A stretch of 49,615 nucleotides of DNA from Deltaproteobacteria bacterium (GCA_037143735.1 JBAWYD010000001.1:1-49615); one strand, 5' to 3'. Shown: positions 38,257 through 49,100, numbered from the stretch's first letter. A program made the numbers and translations. The notes: a model not told the origin generated them from the letters alone.

Positions 38257-39252
38257 ATGGATACGCAACGTCGCAAAGTAGGGATCGCCATACTTTCCGT
38301 CATCTCCAACACGACGCTCGTGGTGATGAAGTTGTTTGTCGGCTTGCTGATCGGCTCTGTCTCCATCATCTCGGAGGCGATTCACTCCGGGGTGGACCTG
38401 CTGGCGGCCATCATCGCGTTGTTTTCGGTGAAGACTTCCAGTATTCCGGCCGACAGAAAGCACCCCTTCGGACATGGCAAAATCGAGAATATCTCCGGAA
38501 CGATCGAGGCTCTGCTGATCTTTGTTGCGGCGATCTGGATTATCATTGAAGCAGGGAAAAAGCTTATGCATCCGGAGCCGATGGAGGCGATCGGCTGGGG
38601 TGTCGGTGTCATGCTGGTTTCAGCAGTCGTCAATATCGTCGTTTCGAAGATGCTGTTTAAAGTCGGACTGGAAACGGATTCAATTGCCCTGCAGGCCGAC
38701 GCCTGGCATCTGCGAACAGATGTGTACACCTCTATCGGAGTGATGGTCTCTCTGTGCCTGATCTGGATGGGTCAATGGATCTTCCCCGGCAGGGATTTCT
38801 TCTGGCTCGACCCTGTTGCCGCGATGGGCGTGGGCCTCCTCATTATCAAGGCGGCCTATGATTTGACCGCCCAGTCGGCGAAGGACCTGCTGGATGTCCA
38901 TCTTCCCGATGTGGAAGTAGAATGGATCCGTCAGTGTATTCTCGATCACAATTTTGTCGTTCGAGGCTTCCACGATCTGAGAACGCGCAAGGCGGGACAC
39001 TTCCGTTTTGTAGAGTTCCACTTGAAAGTCGATCCCCATATGTCGGTGATGGATTCCCACGATATCACGAAAGTATTAAAGAAAAAGATCAGGGCGCAAT
39101 TCCCGGGGACGACCGTGACCATCCATATCGAACCCTGCGACAGCGATTGTGTTGACAAATGTATCGAAGGATGCCTCCTGCCGGAACAAAAAAGGCGGGA
39201 AATGCAAGACAACGGCGTGGCAGCGGCCTGTATCTTCCGCAAAACATTATAA
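38257..39252 (+). CDS. Cation diffusion facilitator (CDF) family metal efflux transporter
   Basis: 'SEAIHSGVDLLAAIIALF' and 'ADAWHLRTDVYTSIGV' metal-site motifs, plus a C-terminal cytoplasmic domain. The start is uncertain (38197, 38236 or 38257). Confidence 0.85.
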   Translation: MDTQRRKVGIAILSVISNTTLVVMKLFVGLLIGSVSIISEAIHSGVDLLAAIIALFSVKTSSIPADRKHPFGHGKIENISGTIEALLIFVAAIWIIIEAGKKLMHPEPMEAIGWGVGVMLVSAVVNIVVSKMLFKVGLETDSIALQADAWHLRTDVYTSIGVMVSLCLIWMGQWIFPGRDFFWLDPVAAMGVGLLIIKAAYDLTAQSAKDLLDVHLPDVEVEWIRQCILDHNFVVRGFHDLRTRKAGHFRFVEFHLKVDPHMSVMDSHDITKVLKKKIRAQFPGTTVTIHIEPCDSDCVDKCIEGCLLPEQKRREMQDNGVAAACIFRKTL

Positions 39253-40800
39253 ATCTTCCGGCCTTTCCGATCTGTCGCTGTATAGACTTCTTTGTTCAAT
39301 CTGCTTTATCAGGCTGTTAAAAATTATATTATGAAGCGGAAGGAAAATATACCAGTATAACATTCCTGCTAACGTATCCGTATCGTAATATGCCGTGATC
39401 GACAGCTTGTTTTTACCGTCATCCTGCGGCATTATCATGAATTCAAGCCATCCACGTCCAGGCAGTTTCATTTCCGCCCGGAGCAAAAGTCTCTGGTTTT
39501 TCCTGATGTCTTCAACGCGCCAGAAGTCAATGACATCGTTTATTTTCAGACTTGCGTCGCTGCGTCGTCCCCGCTGTGAACCGACTCCCAGGAGCAACCT
39601 GTCGACCATCCCTCTGAGCCACCACATCCAGTTGCCTTGGAACCAGCCTTCCTTACCGCCAACCCCGCATAAAGCTTCAAACAGCGCTGATGCGCTTTTT
39701 TCTGTGATGATCGAATACGATGCAGTGTAATAGGGAAGTTTCCCAAGTTCATGGAATTTCAGGGCAAGGCTGTGGTTCTTTGGATATGCATCGGACCACC
39801 TTGTGTATACTTTGTCCTGTTCTTCCCTCAGCAGAGCCCGTTCTACCGCCTCCCTGTAAGTTAAAGTTTCAAAAGGAATAATTTCTCTGATCGAATCATT
39901 TTGACAGATTACTTCATTTTTTAATCCTTCAATAAGAGGATGAATGATCGGGGCGGGAACAGGAGTAATAATGCTTGCAATATATGAGTAGACGCGCAGG
40001 TTGGAAAATGGAAGACTGGCAAATATCCGCTTTTTACCCATAACCACAGCAAACATTTCCATCATCTGCCGGTAGGTTAAAATATTTTTTCCACCGATGT
40101 CGAATGATTTACCCGATGTTGTCGGCGTCTCCAGACATCCGACCAGGTACTTGATAACATCGCGGATGGCAATCGGTTGGCAACGGGTGTTGGTCCACCT
40201 GGGCACATTTATGACGGGAATCTTTTTTACGATGTGCTTGATAATTTCATAGGAGGCGCTTCCCGATCCAATGATGATTGCAGCTCTGAGGACGGTGACC
40301 GGGACATTCCCTTTTTTGAGTTCATCCGCCACCTGGATCCTGCTGTGCAGATGGTCGGACAGTTTGGTGGTAACGTCTCCCAACCCTCCGAGATAGATGA
40401 TTCGTTTTACGTTGTTCTCCTCGGCAGCCCGCATGAAATTATGTGCGGCATGGTTGTCGGCATCATGAAAACCCTGCGGTCCAAGGAGCAGAGAATGTAT
40501 CAGATAAAACGCCGTGTGTATGCCATTGAGTGCAGTTCCCAGAGTTTCACATTTAAGAGCATCGGCAATGACCACCTCGGCGTCCGGCCAGAGGTTTTGG
40601 TACTGGAAGGCATTATCTCGCACCATCACCCGCACCTGATAGCCCCGTGCACGCAGTTCATGGATGAGCCTCCCCCCTATGTATCCGGAGGCGCCGGTTA
40701 CCAGAATTTTTACATCTCCTGACAGCGGTCTGGTGGAAAGACCCGTACAAAAAAGGTCTTTCTGTTCAGGGAAAAAGGACTGTTCCATGTATGGTTCCAT
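39247..40800 (-). CDS. NAD(P)-binding SDR/NmrA-like protein fused to a DUF2867-like C-terminal domain
   Basis: 'ILVTGASGYIGGRLIHELRARGYQV' Rossmann motif. 517 aa, so there is a long C-terminal extension. Confidence 0.75.
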   Translation of the reverse strand: MEPYMEQSFFPEQKDLFCTGLSTRPLSGDVKILVTGASGYIGGRLIHELRARGYQVRVMVRDNAFQYQNLWPDAEVVIADALKCETLGTALNGIHTAFYLIHSLLLGPQGFHDADNHAAHNFMRAAEENNVKRIIYLGGLGDVTTKLSDHLHSRIQVADELKKGNVPVTVLRAAIIIGSGSASYEIIKHIVKKIPVINVPRWTNTRCQPIAIRDVIKYLVGCLETPTTSGKSFDIGGKNILTYRQMMEMFAVVMGKKRIFASLPFSNLRVYSYIASIITPVPAPIIHPLIEGLKNEVICQNDSIREIIPFETLTYREAVERALLREEQDKVYTRWSDAYPKNHSLALKFHELGKLPYYTASYSIITEKSASALFEALCGVGGKEGWFQGNWMWWLRGMVDRLLLGVGSQRGRRSDASLKINDVIDFWRVEDIRKNQRLLLRAEMKLPGRGWLEFMIMPQDDGKNKLSITAYYDTDTLAGMLYWYIFLPLHNIIFNSLIKQIEQRSLYSDRSERPEDL

Positions 40801-40936
40801 TTAATGAGCATCCCCTAAGAATCTCCTTACGACGTTCTGAAGTATAGGGGAAGATATGTTTGTATGTCAACGCGATTTTTATCCACAAGAACCATCTTGT
40901 GCCTCTGTCGAGGGGCGTCCGGTATTTTCTTGAGGG

Positions 40937-43030
40937 TCAGCCTGAAACAATGGCGGCGTCCACCGCAACGGCCCCGCATTTGCTGATGATCAGGGGGTTG
41001 ATGTCGATTTCCTGAATCCTCGGGTACAGGACACCGAGGTTACCCAGATTGACGAGGATGCGAGCAAGCTCCTCCCTGTCAACGGGCGAATCTCCTCTGA
41101 AACCGTTCAGGAGTTTCTGCCCCTTGAGGCGGTCGATGAGTTCCATGGCTTCTTTTTTAGTCAGGGGGGCCAGAGCGAAAACAGCGTCTCCTATAATCTC
41201 TGCCATGATACCGCCGATTCCCAGCATCACACAGGGGCCGAACTGGGGGTCCCGCACCAGCCCGGCAATGATCTCAACCTTCCCCTCCACCTGTTTATAG
41301 ATCAGGACCCGTCCCGATGGGCCCATCTTTTTCTTCAGGATATCAAAAACCCGGCAGGCTGCCTCAGGCGTTGTGATGTTCAAATGAACCAGGCCCAGTT
41401 CTGTCTTGTGGATGCCTCCGGGTTGCATCCCCTTCATGACAAGGGGGAATCCTATCTGTCGGGCCGTCTTCTCGCACTGCAATGAATCGGCGACGATTTC
41501 CTCTTCCACGGTGGGGATGCCGCAGGCCCTGATGATACGCTTCGAGTCGTATTCATTGAGAGGTCCCACAGTCGTATTGATCAATTCATTCAGGTCGCCG
41601 GACAGAGAGGATGTGATCCCCTTCACCGGCGGCAAGCTTGCGATTTCATCGTGCTGCCGCTGGCGGACGACGGCAGACAGGCATTCCACCGCACGAGAAA
41701 GTTCCTCAAAGACGGGGATGCCGTAAGACAAGGCTTCAATCCTGAAAAGAAAAGCCTCTTCTCGCCTGCCCAGAAGCCAGATGAAGACAGGTTTTCCCGA
41801 AGTGTGACGCTGCCTGGCTGTATCGTCCAGGTCAAGCTTTAACCGGAGATTGCCGGCGAAGGCGTGCAAAATAACGGCGTCGACACCAGGATCAGCAAGG
41901 ACGGCTGAGAGCGCCCGGCTGTACACGTCAACGTCGCTTCCTCCGTGCTTTTCCAGGGCAGGCCATAGATCAACGGGATTGGAGGCTGGCATCCAGTCCG
42001 GAAAGAGGTGGGACAGGGCTTCTTTGGTTGTGGAAGAAAGCTCCGAAACGGCAAGACCGAATTCCTCTGCAAAGTCCGACGTAAGGATGCCCGAACCGCC
42101 GCTGAAGGTGAGAACGGCGATACGGCCTTCCCGGTTGACGGACCCGGCGGGGACAAGGGCTAAAGAGCGGCAGATGTCGGTCATCTGCTTGAAGTCTCGA
42201 GCTTCAATGACGCCTGCCTGGGCCAGAACACCGGAGGTGATCCGATGATTTCCCGCCAGGGACGCCGTATGGCTTAACGCCGCTTCCGCCCCTTTTTTAC
42301 TTTTTCCTCCCGTGAGAACCACAACGGGCTTTGTGCTCCGGCGGCATAGTTCCATAAACCGTCTGCCGTCGGAAAATGTTTCCAGATAAAGCCCCACAAC
42401 GGCGGTGGCCGGATCCTGCAGGAGATAGGCCATCAGATCGTTTTCGTTGACGTCTATTTTGTTGCCGATGGAGCATACCTTGCTGATGCCCATGACGCCA
42501 TGACTCATAAGATCGACGAGAAACCCTGCAGACAGCAAGCCGCTCTGAACGACGAGAGACACCATACCGGGAAGAAGACCCTGCTGGAGCGAGGCTGGAT
42601 CCATAAAGGAGAATACATGGCGGTGGACGGCGTCAACGAGCCCCATGCAGTTGGGCCCCCACAGGCGGATGCCCGTTTGATCGGCAATATCTTTGAGCGA
42701 CTGCTGGAGCCTTCTGCCTTCCTGCCCCGTTTCCGCAAAGCCTCCTGATTCTATCATGACTCCCCGGATTCCTCTGGCGGCGCAAGCTTCGACAGCCGCC
42801 GGGACCTGATTTGCGGGGACGAAGACAATAGCCAGGTCAGCATGCCCCGGAATGGCGCTGACTGTTGGGTAGCATCGCAGGCCGTCAATATCCTCATACC
42901 GGGGATTGACGGGATAGATATTCCCTTTGTAGCCCGTCATGATATTTTTCAGGATGGCGTAGCCGCCCTTGAGTGGGTTCGGCGTCGCGCCAACTATGGC
43001 AATCCCGTCGGGATTAAAGAAAAATTCCAT
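40937..43030 (-). CDS. ADP-forming acetyl/acyl-CoA synthetase (fused CoA-binding, CoA-ligase and ATP-grasp domains)
   Basis: 697 aa. N-terminal 'PDGIAIVGATPNP...YPVNP' CoA-binding domain, a 'GPNCMG' segment, and a C-terminal ATP-grasp domain ('GFPLVMK'). Confidence 0.85.
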   Translation of the reverse strand: MEFFFNPDGIAIVGATPNPLKGGYAILKNIMTGYKGNIYPVNPRYEDIDGLRCYPTVSAIPGHADLAIVFVPANQVPAAVEACAARGIRGVMIESGGFAETGQEGRRLQQSLKDIADQTGIRLWGPNCMGLVDAVHRHVFSFMDPASLQQGLLPGMVSLVVQSGLLSAGFLVDLMSHGVMGISKVCSIGNKIDVNENDLMAYLLQDPATAVVGLYLETFSDGRRFMELCRRSTKPVVVLTGGKSKKGAEAALSHTASLAGNHRITSGVLAQAGVIEARDFKQMTDICRSLALVPAGSVNREGRIAVLTFSGGSGILTSDFAEEFGLAVSELSSTTKEALSHLFPDWMPASNPVDLWPALEKHGGSDVDVYSRALSAVLADPGVDAVILHAFAGNLRLKLDLDDTARQRHTSGKPVFIWLLGRREEAFLFRIEALSYGIPVFEELSRAVECLSAVVRQRQHDEIASLPPVKGITSSLSGDLNELINTTVGPLNEYDSKRIIRACGIPTVEEEIVADSLQCEKTARQIGFPLVMKGMQPGGIHKTELGLVHLNITTPEAACRVFDILKKKMGPSGRVLIYKQVEGKVEIIAGLVRDPQFGPCVMLGIGGIMAEIIGDAVFALAPLTKKEAMELIDRLKGQKLLNGFRGDSPVDREELARILVNLGNLGVLYPRIQEIDINPLIISKCGAVAVDAAIVSG

Positions 43031-43048
43031 TGTAAATCTCCATCATTT

Positions 43049-43519
43049 TTAAGGTCGCTGGATGATCACATCCAGGTATTTTTTGCCCCATTTCTTTGCG
43101 TCTTTTTCGTCGGGGAAGAAGACATCGATATGATCTCCCTTGATGGCGCTCCCGATGTCATGAACTTCTCCCCAGCCGTACCCGGGGACGTACATCTTCG
43201 TCCCATAGGGGTAGCGGCTGGTATCCGCGGCGATGGTTCCCTTTTTCGCCCTGGTTCCGTCGGATGTAATCCCCACCTTTTTTCTCTCTCCTTCACGGGG
43301 CCCGTAGGCGTACACGGGAGGCAGGAGACAGCATCCCCATTTATGCTTCCATCCCGTGGACTTCTGGCCTGCGTCATAGGCGGTGACCAGCATTTTTCGC
43401 TTCTCCGGTTTACGGTCTTTGTCGCGGGGAAGGCCGCATCCGTAAACCAGGATGATGCAAAGAAGGCTGATGACCGGTATGAATAAAACACTTTTTCTTG
43501 ACGCAATCATAACCGGCAA
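43049..43519 (-). CDS. 3D-domain (MltA-like) lipoprotein
   Basis: Lipobox 'LVYGC'. 'GTIAADTSRYPYGTKMYVPGYGWGEVHDIGSAIKGDHIDVFF' contains the three conserved Asp residues of 3D domains. Confidence 0.75.
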   Translation of the reverse strand: MPVMIASRKSVLFIPVISLLCIILVYGCGLPRDKDRKPEKRKMLVTAYDAGQKSTGWKHKWGCCLLPPVYAYGPREGERKKVGITSDGTRAKKGTIAADTSRYPYGTKMYVPGYGWGEVHDIGSAIKGDHIDVFFPDEKDAKKWGKKYLDVIIQRP

Positions 43520-43620
43520 ACTACCATAAGGAACATATTTGTTTCAAGGCATTCATATATTACCTCGACAATTTGTTACGCAAGCCAACGCTTGCGACTA
43601 CTTTAAGCACTTTTAACTGT

Positions 43621-45603
43621 TCATATATCGACGCGCACGGGCAGTATCACCGTTGTGATGCCGTTCCACTGGAGCCGACGCTGAATGGCAAATGCCGTTT
43701 CATTGTGGAGAATCTTCTGGAAAAGGCGTTCTTGACGAAAGATAAGTTTGCCGGCAAAAACCGTGGATCTGGGGAAGTCCTTCACGAGAGATTCGCAGAT
43801 GTGTGTTGCCGATTCAACGGCGTCTGTTCCCACATCCATTCTGTAATCCGCAGGGAATCCGTATGAGCGGGCAAGTTCGACGTATTTTTTCAGGTTATTT
43901 TGAACGGATGCCTTCAGGGCTTCTATTTCGGCGACACCTTTAAAAGAACCCGAATCAATCTCGGCGACAGAGACAAAAATGAAATTCCTGTATAATTTTG
44001 GAAATTCGCGGATAACGGAAATCCAGGCATGAATTCCGAAACCGCTGAATCCGCTGACAAGCAGAATCGCAGTCATTTCCTTTGGATCTACCGGTTCGCT
44101 GTTGGGGTGGCCGCCGGCGGGAAGGGCTGAAACAATTTCCTCAAGTTGACGAACTCCCCGACGCACTTTCCGGTAGTGTCCGCGAATGAGATAACATAAT
44201 CCAATCACCACGGACGTAATGAGGAGGGTCACCCAGCCGCCCTCTTCAAATTTCTCGAAAACGGTGATGAATAGGATGGTAAGACAGAGAATCAGGCCAA
44301 TGACATGTATAACAATGTGTCTCTTCCATGCGGTATCCCTGGTCCTGTTTCGTATGTAGAAACTTGCCATGGCGAACTGGGATAAAGAAAATGTAAGGAA
44401 CACGTTGATGGAATACATGACGACAAGGGCGGATACCGAACCGCCGGTGTAAAGCAGCACCAGGAGGGCGGCGCCGCCCATCAGGAGAACGCCGTTCTGC
44501 ATGGTGAGCCGCTCTGATAATGACGCAAAACGGCGGGGAAGCCATGAATCAATCGACATGTTTGCCATGACGCTTGGCCCGCCTGCAAATCCGGATTGGG
44601 CGCCCACCATGAGGAGAGCCCCTTCAGAGAGTATGGTAATCAGCGCAATCCATCCTCCCATTGGCCAGTTGCTGAAAGTAAGATCGGCAAGAATGGCATT
44701 CAACGTCTTGCCTTCGACAGGTTTAATTTGAAAAAGAGAGTAACACAAAAGCAGCCCGCCCGCAGTGACGGCGAGCGATGTCGCCAGGTATACCATCGTC
44801 CGCTTGCCCGTTTGCACCTTCGGCTCCCGCATGAGCTGCATCGCGTTTGAGACTGCCTCGATTCCCGTATAGGTGCCTCCTCCCATGGAAAAGGCCCGGA
44901 GAAAGATTGCCAGCATGCCGATATAGCCGATCGTTGACAGATCCTGTCTGAATGCTCCCTTGAACTCCTGTGTAACGATCCCGAACTGGTCGGCATGACT
45001 CAGCAGGCCGTAACCGATCAACAGAACATGGGTCACAACGAAGATAATGAATATGGGCGCAAGGAGGGTTACGGATTCTTTTACGCCCCTCAGGTTCATG
45101 ACAACGAGCAGAAAGATTAAGAAGACGACAAAGATCACTTTGTATTTGAGAAAGGCAATGGGTAAAAAGCTGAAGAAGGCGTCGCCGCAGGAGGCCAGAG
45201 ATACGGTGATGGTCAGCACATAATCGACGAGAAGCGCGCATCCGGATATGACACCGGCGTTTTTGCCGATCATATGGGTAGAGACAATATAACCGCCGCC
45301 GCCGTGGGGAAAATGTTCAATAATGCGTGTGTAGGCGTAAGAAATGATAAACACGGTAAAAGCTGTTGCCAGGGCCAGGAAAACAGCGATGTACGTATGG
45401 GTTCCCAGTGCCTTGAAAGCCTCCTCGGGGCCATAGGAAGATGATGAAAGTCCGTCGGCGCCAAGGCCGATCCAGGCAAGAACAGGTATGAGGGATATCT
45501 TGTGAAAGATGGAAGGTTCGTTGATGTCTCGCGGCGCGCCGATCAGCCTGTGACGCAATTTCTCAAAGAAATTTGATTCCTGGTCAGGGTCTGTTGAACT
45601 CAT
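43621..45603 (-). CDS. APC-superfamily transporter with a C-terminal cytoplasmic domain, KimA-like (possible K+/H+ symporter)
   Basis: 660 aa. 'GGGGYIVS...GCALLVDYVLTITVS', 'LRAFSMGGGTYTGIEAVSNAM' and C-terminal 'ILHNETAFAIQRRL' align, from memory, with B. subtilis KimA ('GGGAYIVS...LLVDYILTVAVS', 'LKAFSSGCSALTGVEAISNAI', 'ILHNQSAFLLRVRL'). Confidence 0.7.
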   Translation of the reverse strand: MSSTDPDQESNFFEKLRHRLIGAPRDINEPSIFHKISLIPVLAWIGLGADGLSSSSYGPEEAFKALGTHTYIAVFLALATAFTVFIISYAYTRIIEHFPHGGGGYIVSTHMIGKNAGVISGCALLVDYVLTITVSLASCGDAFFSFLPIAFLKYKVIFVVFLIFLLVVMNLRGVKESVTLLAPIFIIFVVTHVLLIGYGLLSHADQFGIVTQEFKGAFRQDLSTIGYIGMLAIFLRAFSMGGGTYTGIEAVSNAMQLMREPKVQTGKRTMVYLATSLAVTAGGLLLCYSLFQIKPVEGKTLNAILADLTFSNWPMGGWIALITILSEGALLMVGAQSGFAGGPSVMANMSIDSWLPRRFASLSERLTMQNGVLLMGGAALLVLLYTGGSVSALVVMYSINVFLTFSLSQFAMASFYIRNRTRDTAWKRHIVIHVIGLILCLTILFITVFEKFEEGGWVTLLITSVVIGLCYLIRGHYRKVRRGVRQLEEIVSALPAGGHPNSEPVDPKEMTAILLVSGFSGFGIHAWISVIREFPKLYRNFIFVSVAEIDSGSFKGVAEIEALKASVQNNLKKYVELARSYGFPADYRMDVGTDAVESATHICESLVKDFPRSTVFAGKLIFRQERLFQKILHNETAFAIQRRLQWNGITTVILPVRVDI

Positions 45604-45667
45604 AAGGTCTGTTTAATCCCGCAGATGTGTTTCCATGGATGATGCACATGGTGAACGCGCCCATTTC

Positions 45668-46027
45668 TCATGTTATCGGATTTTCAATGTGAATGCCGTC
45701 GGCGATATAACCGCAGAGAAAACCACGCTTGCCATTCAGGTGCGTACCGGGCTCGTCATATATTCGGATTGAAAAGTCTTGGGTGGTTACTTTGAGATGA
45801 AGTGTTTTAGCGTCTGCAAGGGTGATCTGTATGGGCCTGCAATTTGTCGGGAGATTGTCGGCATCACTGTCTTTGAATGATATTTCGTGTTTCCCGGATT
45901 CTACGGTGACGCTATGGGCCTTTAATGGAAACACTTCTCCCGAGTCACAGCCATTAAGAAGTATGGTGTAGTTAAAGTGACGACTTACATTCTCAATAAT
46001 GATTTCGGAAGCCATTATACGATTCAC
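45668..46027 (-). CDS. Hypothetical small protein (119 aa, beta-rich)
   Basis: Open frame only. No recognisable motif. Lies between the Type IIG gene and the KimA-like gene on the same strand. Confidence 0.45.
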   Translation of the reverse strand: MNRIMASEIIIENVSRHFNYTILLNGCDSGEVFPLKAHSVTVESGKHEISFKDSDADNLPTNCRPIQITLADAKTLHLKVTTQDFSIRIYDEPGTHLNGKRGFLCGYIADGIHIENPIT

Positions 46028-46177
46028 TGACCTTCATTGTATAGAGAGTTCCTCCCTGAGTGTCAAATAAAAACAGGGTGGCGAACCGGGACCTTATCTT
46101 TGCTTTTTCGTCGGATGGGTTCCGCAGGGTATTTTCCAAGGATTATTGTATGAATTCATGGATGTTGGACCTGCTCA

Positions 46178-49100
46178 TTATTTCACCGGCCAGCCGCCGT
46201 GGGTGTCGATGGTCTCGTCGATGGCCGCCATGTGGCGGATGGTTTCGGCCAAGGCGGCGACGACGCGCTGGTAATGGGTGATGTCGTCATAGGTAAGCGG
46301 GCGGCCCTTCCGGTCCTTGAGCCATTTCCGGCAGACCTGGTAACCGCCGACATGAAACGCCCACACCTCCGGGGGCACTCCCTCGAAGTACTGGGTCTTG
46401 TTGATCCAGACACGCCCTGCTCCATGCCGACCCTTGTCTTCCTTTCCATCTGGGGAGGAACTCCCGTTATACCCATCCCTCCCCTGGCGGGAGGGATCGA
46501 GGGAGGGGGAAGCTTCCGCATATTGAACCGTTTCCACAAGATTGTCCCCCGCAATGGGGTAGGCCGTGATCAGCGGCATTGTTTTTTCCATCAGGTGCAG
46601 CGCCACAAGCTCTTCCCCGATGCCGCAAAGATTGCGGAACAAATCGGCGTTTGACGTCAGGGGCAGGCGAGGAAAGTCGATCTTGAGGAACTCGGCGTAA
46701 CGGCTGCGGTAGGCCGGGGAATGGAAGACGGCATACATGTAAGCGAAAATATCCTCCGGGCCGAAGGTCTGTTGCCGGTCTCCCTTGCCGTCGGGGATGA
46801 AGACCATGCCGAGACGGGCGGCAATATCCTCGATGAACGCCGGGGCAAGGTTGGGGCGGCGGGAAGAAGAATTGTCTGTTTTAAACAATGAAGTTTCAGA
46901 CTCGCTCTCAAGATAAAGAGGGAAATGGAAACTGTTATTTGATGTTTTGGGAGAGAGAAGAATCTTCTCCGACGGAAACTTTGTCAAATAGATATGGGCA
47001 AATGATTCGCCCTTTGTCATACGACTTGTTAAAAGAGCAATATTATCGCCAATCATCTGGTTCATGACGGCTGGCCGGGGCCTACTGTGAAATCCCCTCG
47101 AGTGGCCGGTATAGAAGGTGAAACGATCATCAAAAGGCCGGTAGGCCAATCTGATCAAAGAACTGTCTGAAAGTCCGGTCTGTTTCAAGTCAGATTGGGC
47201 CAGTGCTATTTGCCAATCTTGTGAGTCTTCGCCAAGGTCCAATTCCTGACGGGCCACTTCAGGTGGCAATGAAATAAAACGACCAAGCTTTTCTTTCGCT
47301 TCCTCGGAGGTCATGTGCACGGCCAAGTGGTCGCGTGACGTCACTATTCCTACTGAGTAGATCGACATCATATCCGTAACCTTCCATCCCCGTTCGTATT
47401 CCGGCAGCAAAGCGATATCCTGCGGCACAAAAAGATAAAACGGCGGTTGGGGCGTCAGAGTTTCCCAGGTTGTGGTCTGAATGTCGTTTTCCCAGAGCCA
47501 GGCATATTTGCTGCCGGAGAGCTTCCGTCCATCCGGGGTGTTTTCATGGACCTCGCGGATTCCCCAGAGGTGGGCATGGTGGATTCGGGAAGGGCGGTCT
47601 TGGGCATTATGCTTTTTCACAAAGATCCCGATGGCCACACCCTGCTGGATGTCGAAGACATTTTCATCTTTCGAGCCGTCGGGACAGCGCTCCTTCTTCT
47701 TGCTGTTGCCGTGGAGATCGAGGAGATAGATGTCGTCGAAGGTGTTCATGAGGCTTTGGCGCATTCCCCGGAAAGTCGGGTTGTCAAGATAGCCGTGATT
47801 CGTGATGAAGGCAAGGATACCGTAACCCGTTTTCTCGATCCGCCACTGGGCAAAGCGGATGAATTTGACATAATCGTCCTGTAGCCCTTTCGGATTGCGC
47901 TCACCCAGAGGCTGACCGTCCACTGAATAATAGTCCCGGATCAGTGCGCTGATCCATTCTCCTGTATTAGCGGATTCATATGAATACGGCGGATTACCCA
48001 GGATGACCATTACCGGCGCATCCTGTTTGACCGCACCGGCGGCGTTGACCTCTTCGACAAGCCACCGGGTGAAGAGAGGCATATCGCTGATTTTATAGGC
48101 CTCCTCCAGTGTGTTGGTGAGGTAGATACGGAGGCGCTCGTCCGAGCCGAAGTCATAGCCGTATTGGGCAAGCTGGAGACCAAGCTTCATGTGGGCCACG
48201 GCGTAAGGGGCCATGAGAAGTTCAAAGCCGAAAATCCTCGGCAGAAGGTGCCGGGATACATAACCCTGTTCGCCGCTCCATGCGCCGACCTGACCGGCTT
48301 TGCAGATGTGGTCATGAATCTGATCAATGACGCCGTGGAGGAATGTTCCCGTTCCTGCGGCCGGATCGAGAATCAGGACGCGATGAATTTCCGAGCCCCC
48401 CTCACCCTGCCCCTCTCCCGCCGGGGGAGAGGAAACTTTTGGTTTTGTCAGCTTGATCTTGCCCGTATCGGCCAGGCCGTCCGGCAGGCAGAAATCGGTT
48501 TTCAGCAGATGATCGACGCTGCGGACGATATAGGAAACGACCGGTTCGGGGGTGTAATAGACGCCCCTGGCCTCTCGCATCTTAGGATCATAGGCGGTCA
48601 GGAAGGTCTCGTAGAAATGGACGACGGGGTCTTCCTGGCGGGTGCGCTTCCCGAAATCCCGGAGGATGCCTTCCATGTCCGTCCGGTCCAGAAGGGTCGC
48701 AAGGTCATCGACAATCCAGACGATGCGTCCGTCCATGTCCGGCCCGGCGATGTAATTGAAGAGTCTCCGCAGAAAGGGATTCGTTTTGGGCAGATCGAAG
48801 GCGGCATGCTCCCGGATAAAATGATTTCCCTTTTCCAGGCGGGTGTTGCAGCGGGCGGCGAAGAGGCCGTAACAGATGGTCTGGGCGTACATGTCGGCGA
48901 ACTGTTCCGCCGTCAGATCATGCAGAAGGACCTTCCGGAAACCATCCATTTGCATATGGAGAGCGCCTTCCTCTCCTTCATCGTTCAGGGCATTCAGGAT
49001 CGTCGTTCGGGTCTGACGGGCCAGTGAGGCCATGCGGACGGCCAGATCCTTTGGCGTATTAATCAGAGCTACGCGTTCGTGAAAAAAGGCTGAGAGGAGT

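Noticed and set aside
45604-45667. c-di-AMP (ydaO/kimA-type) riboswitch upstream of the KimA-like gene
   Set aside because: The gap is only 64 bp, which is too short for the ~130-nt ydaO motif, and no pseudo-two-fold helices are evident.
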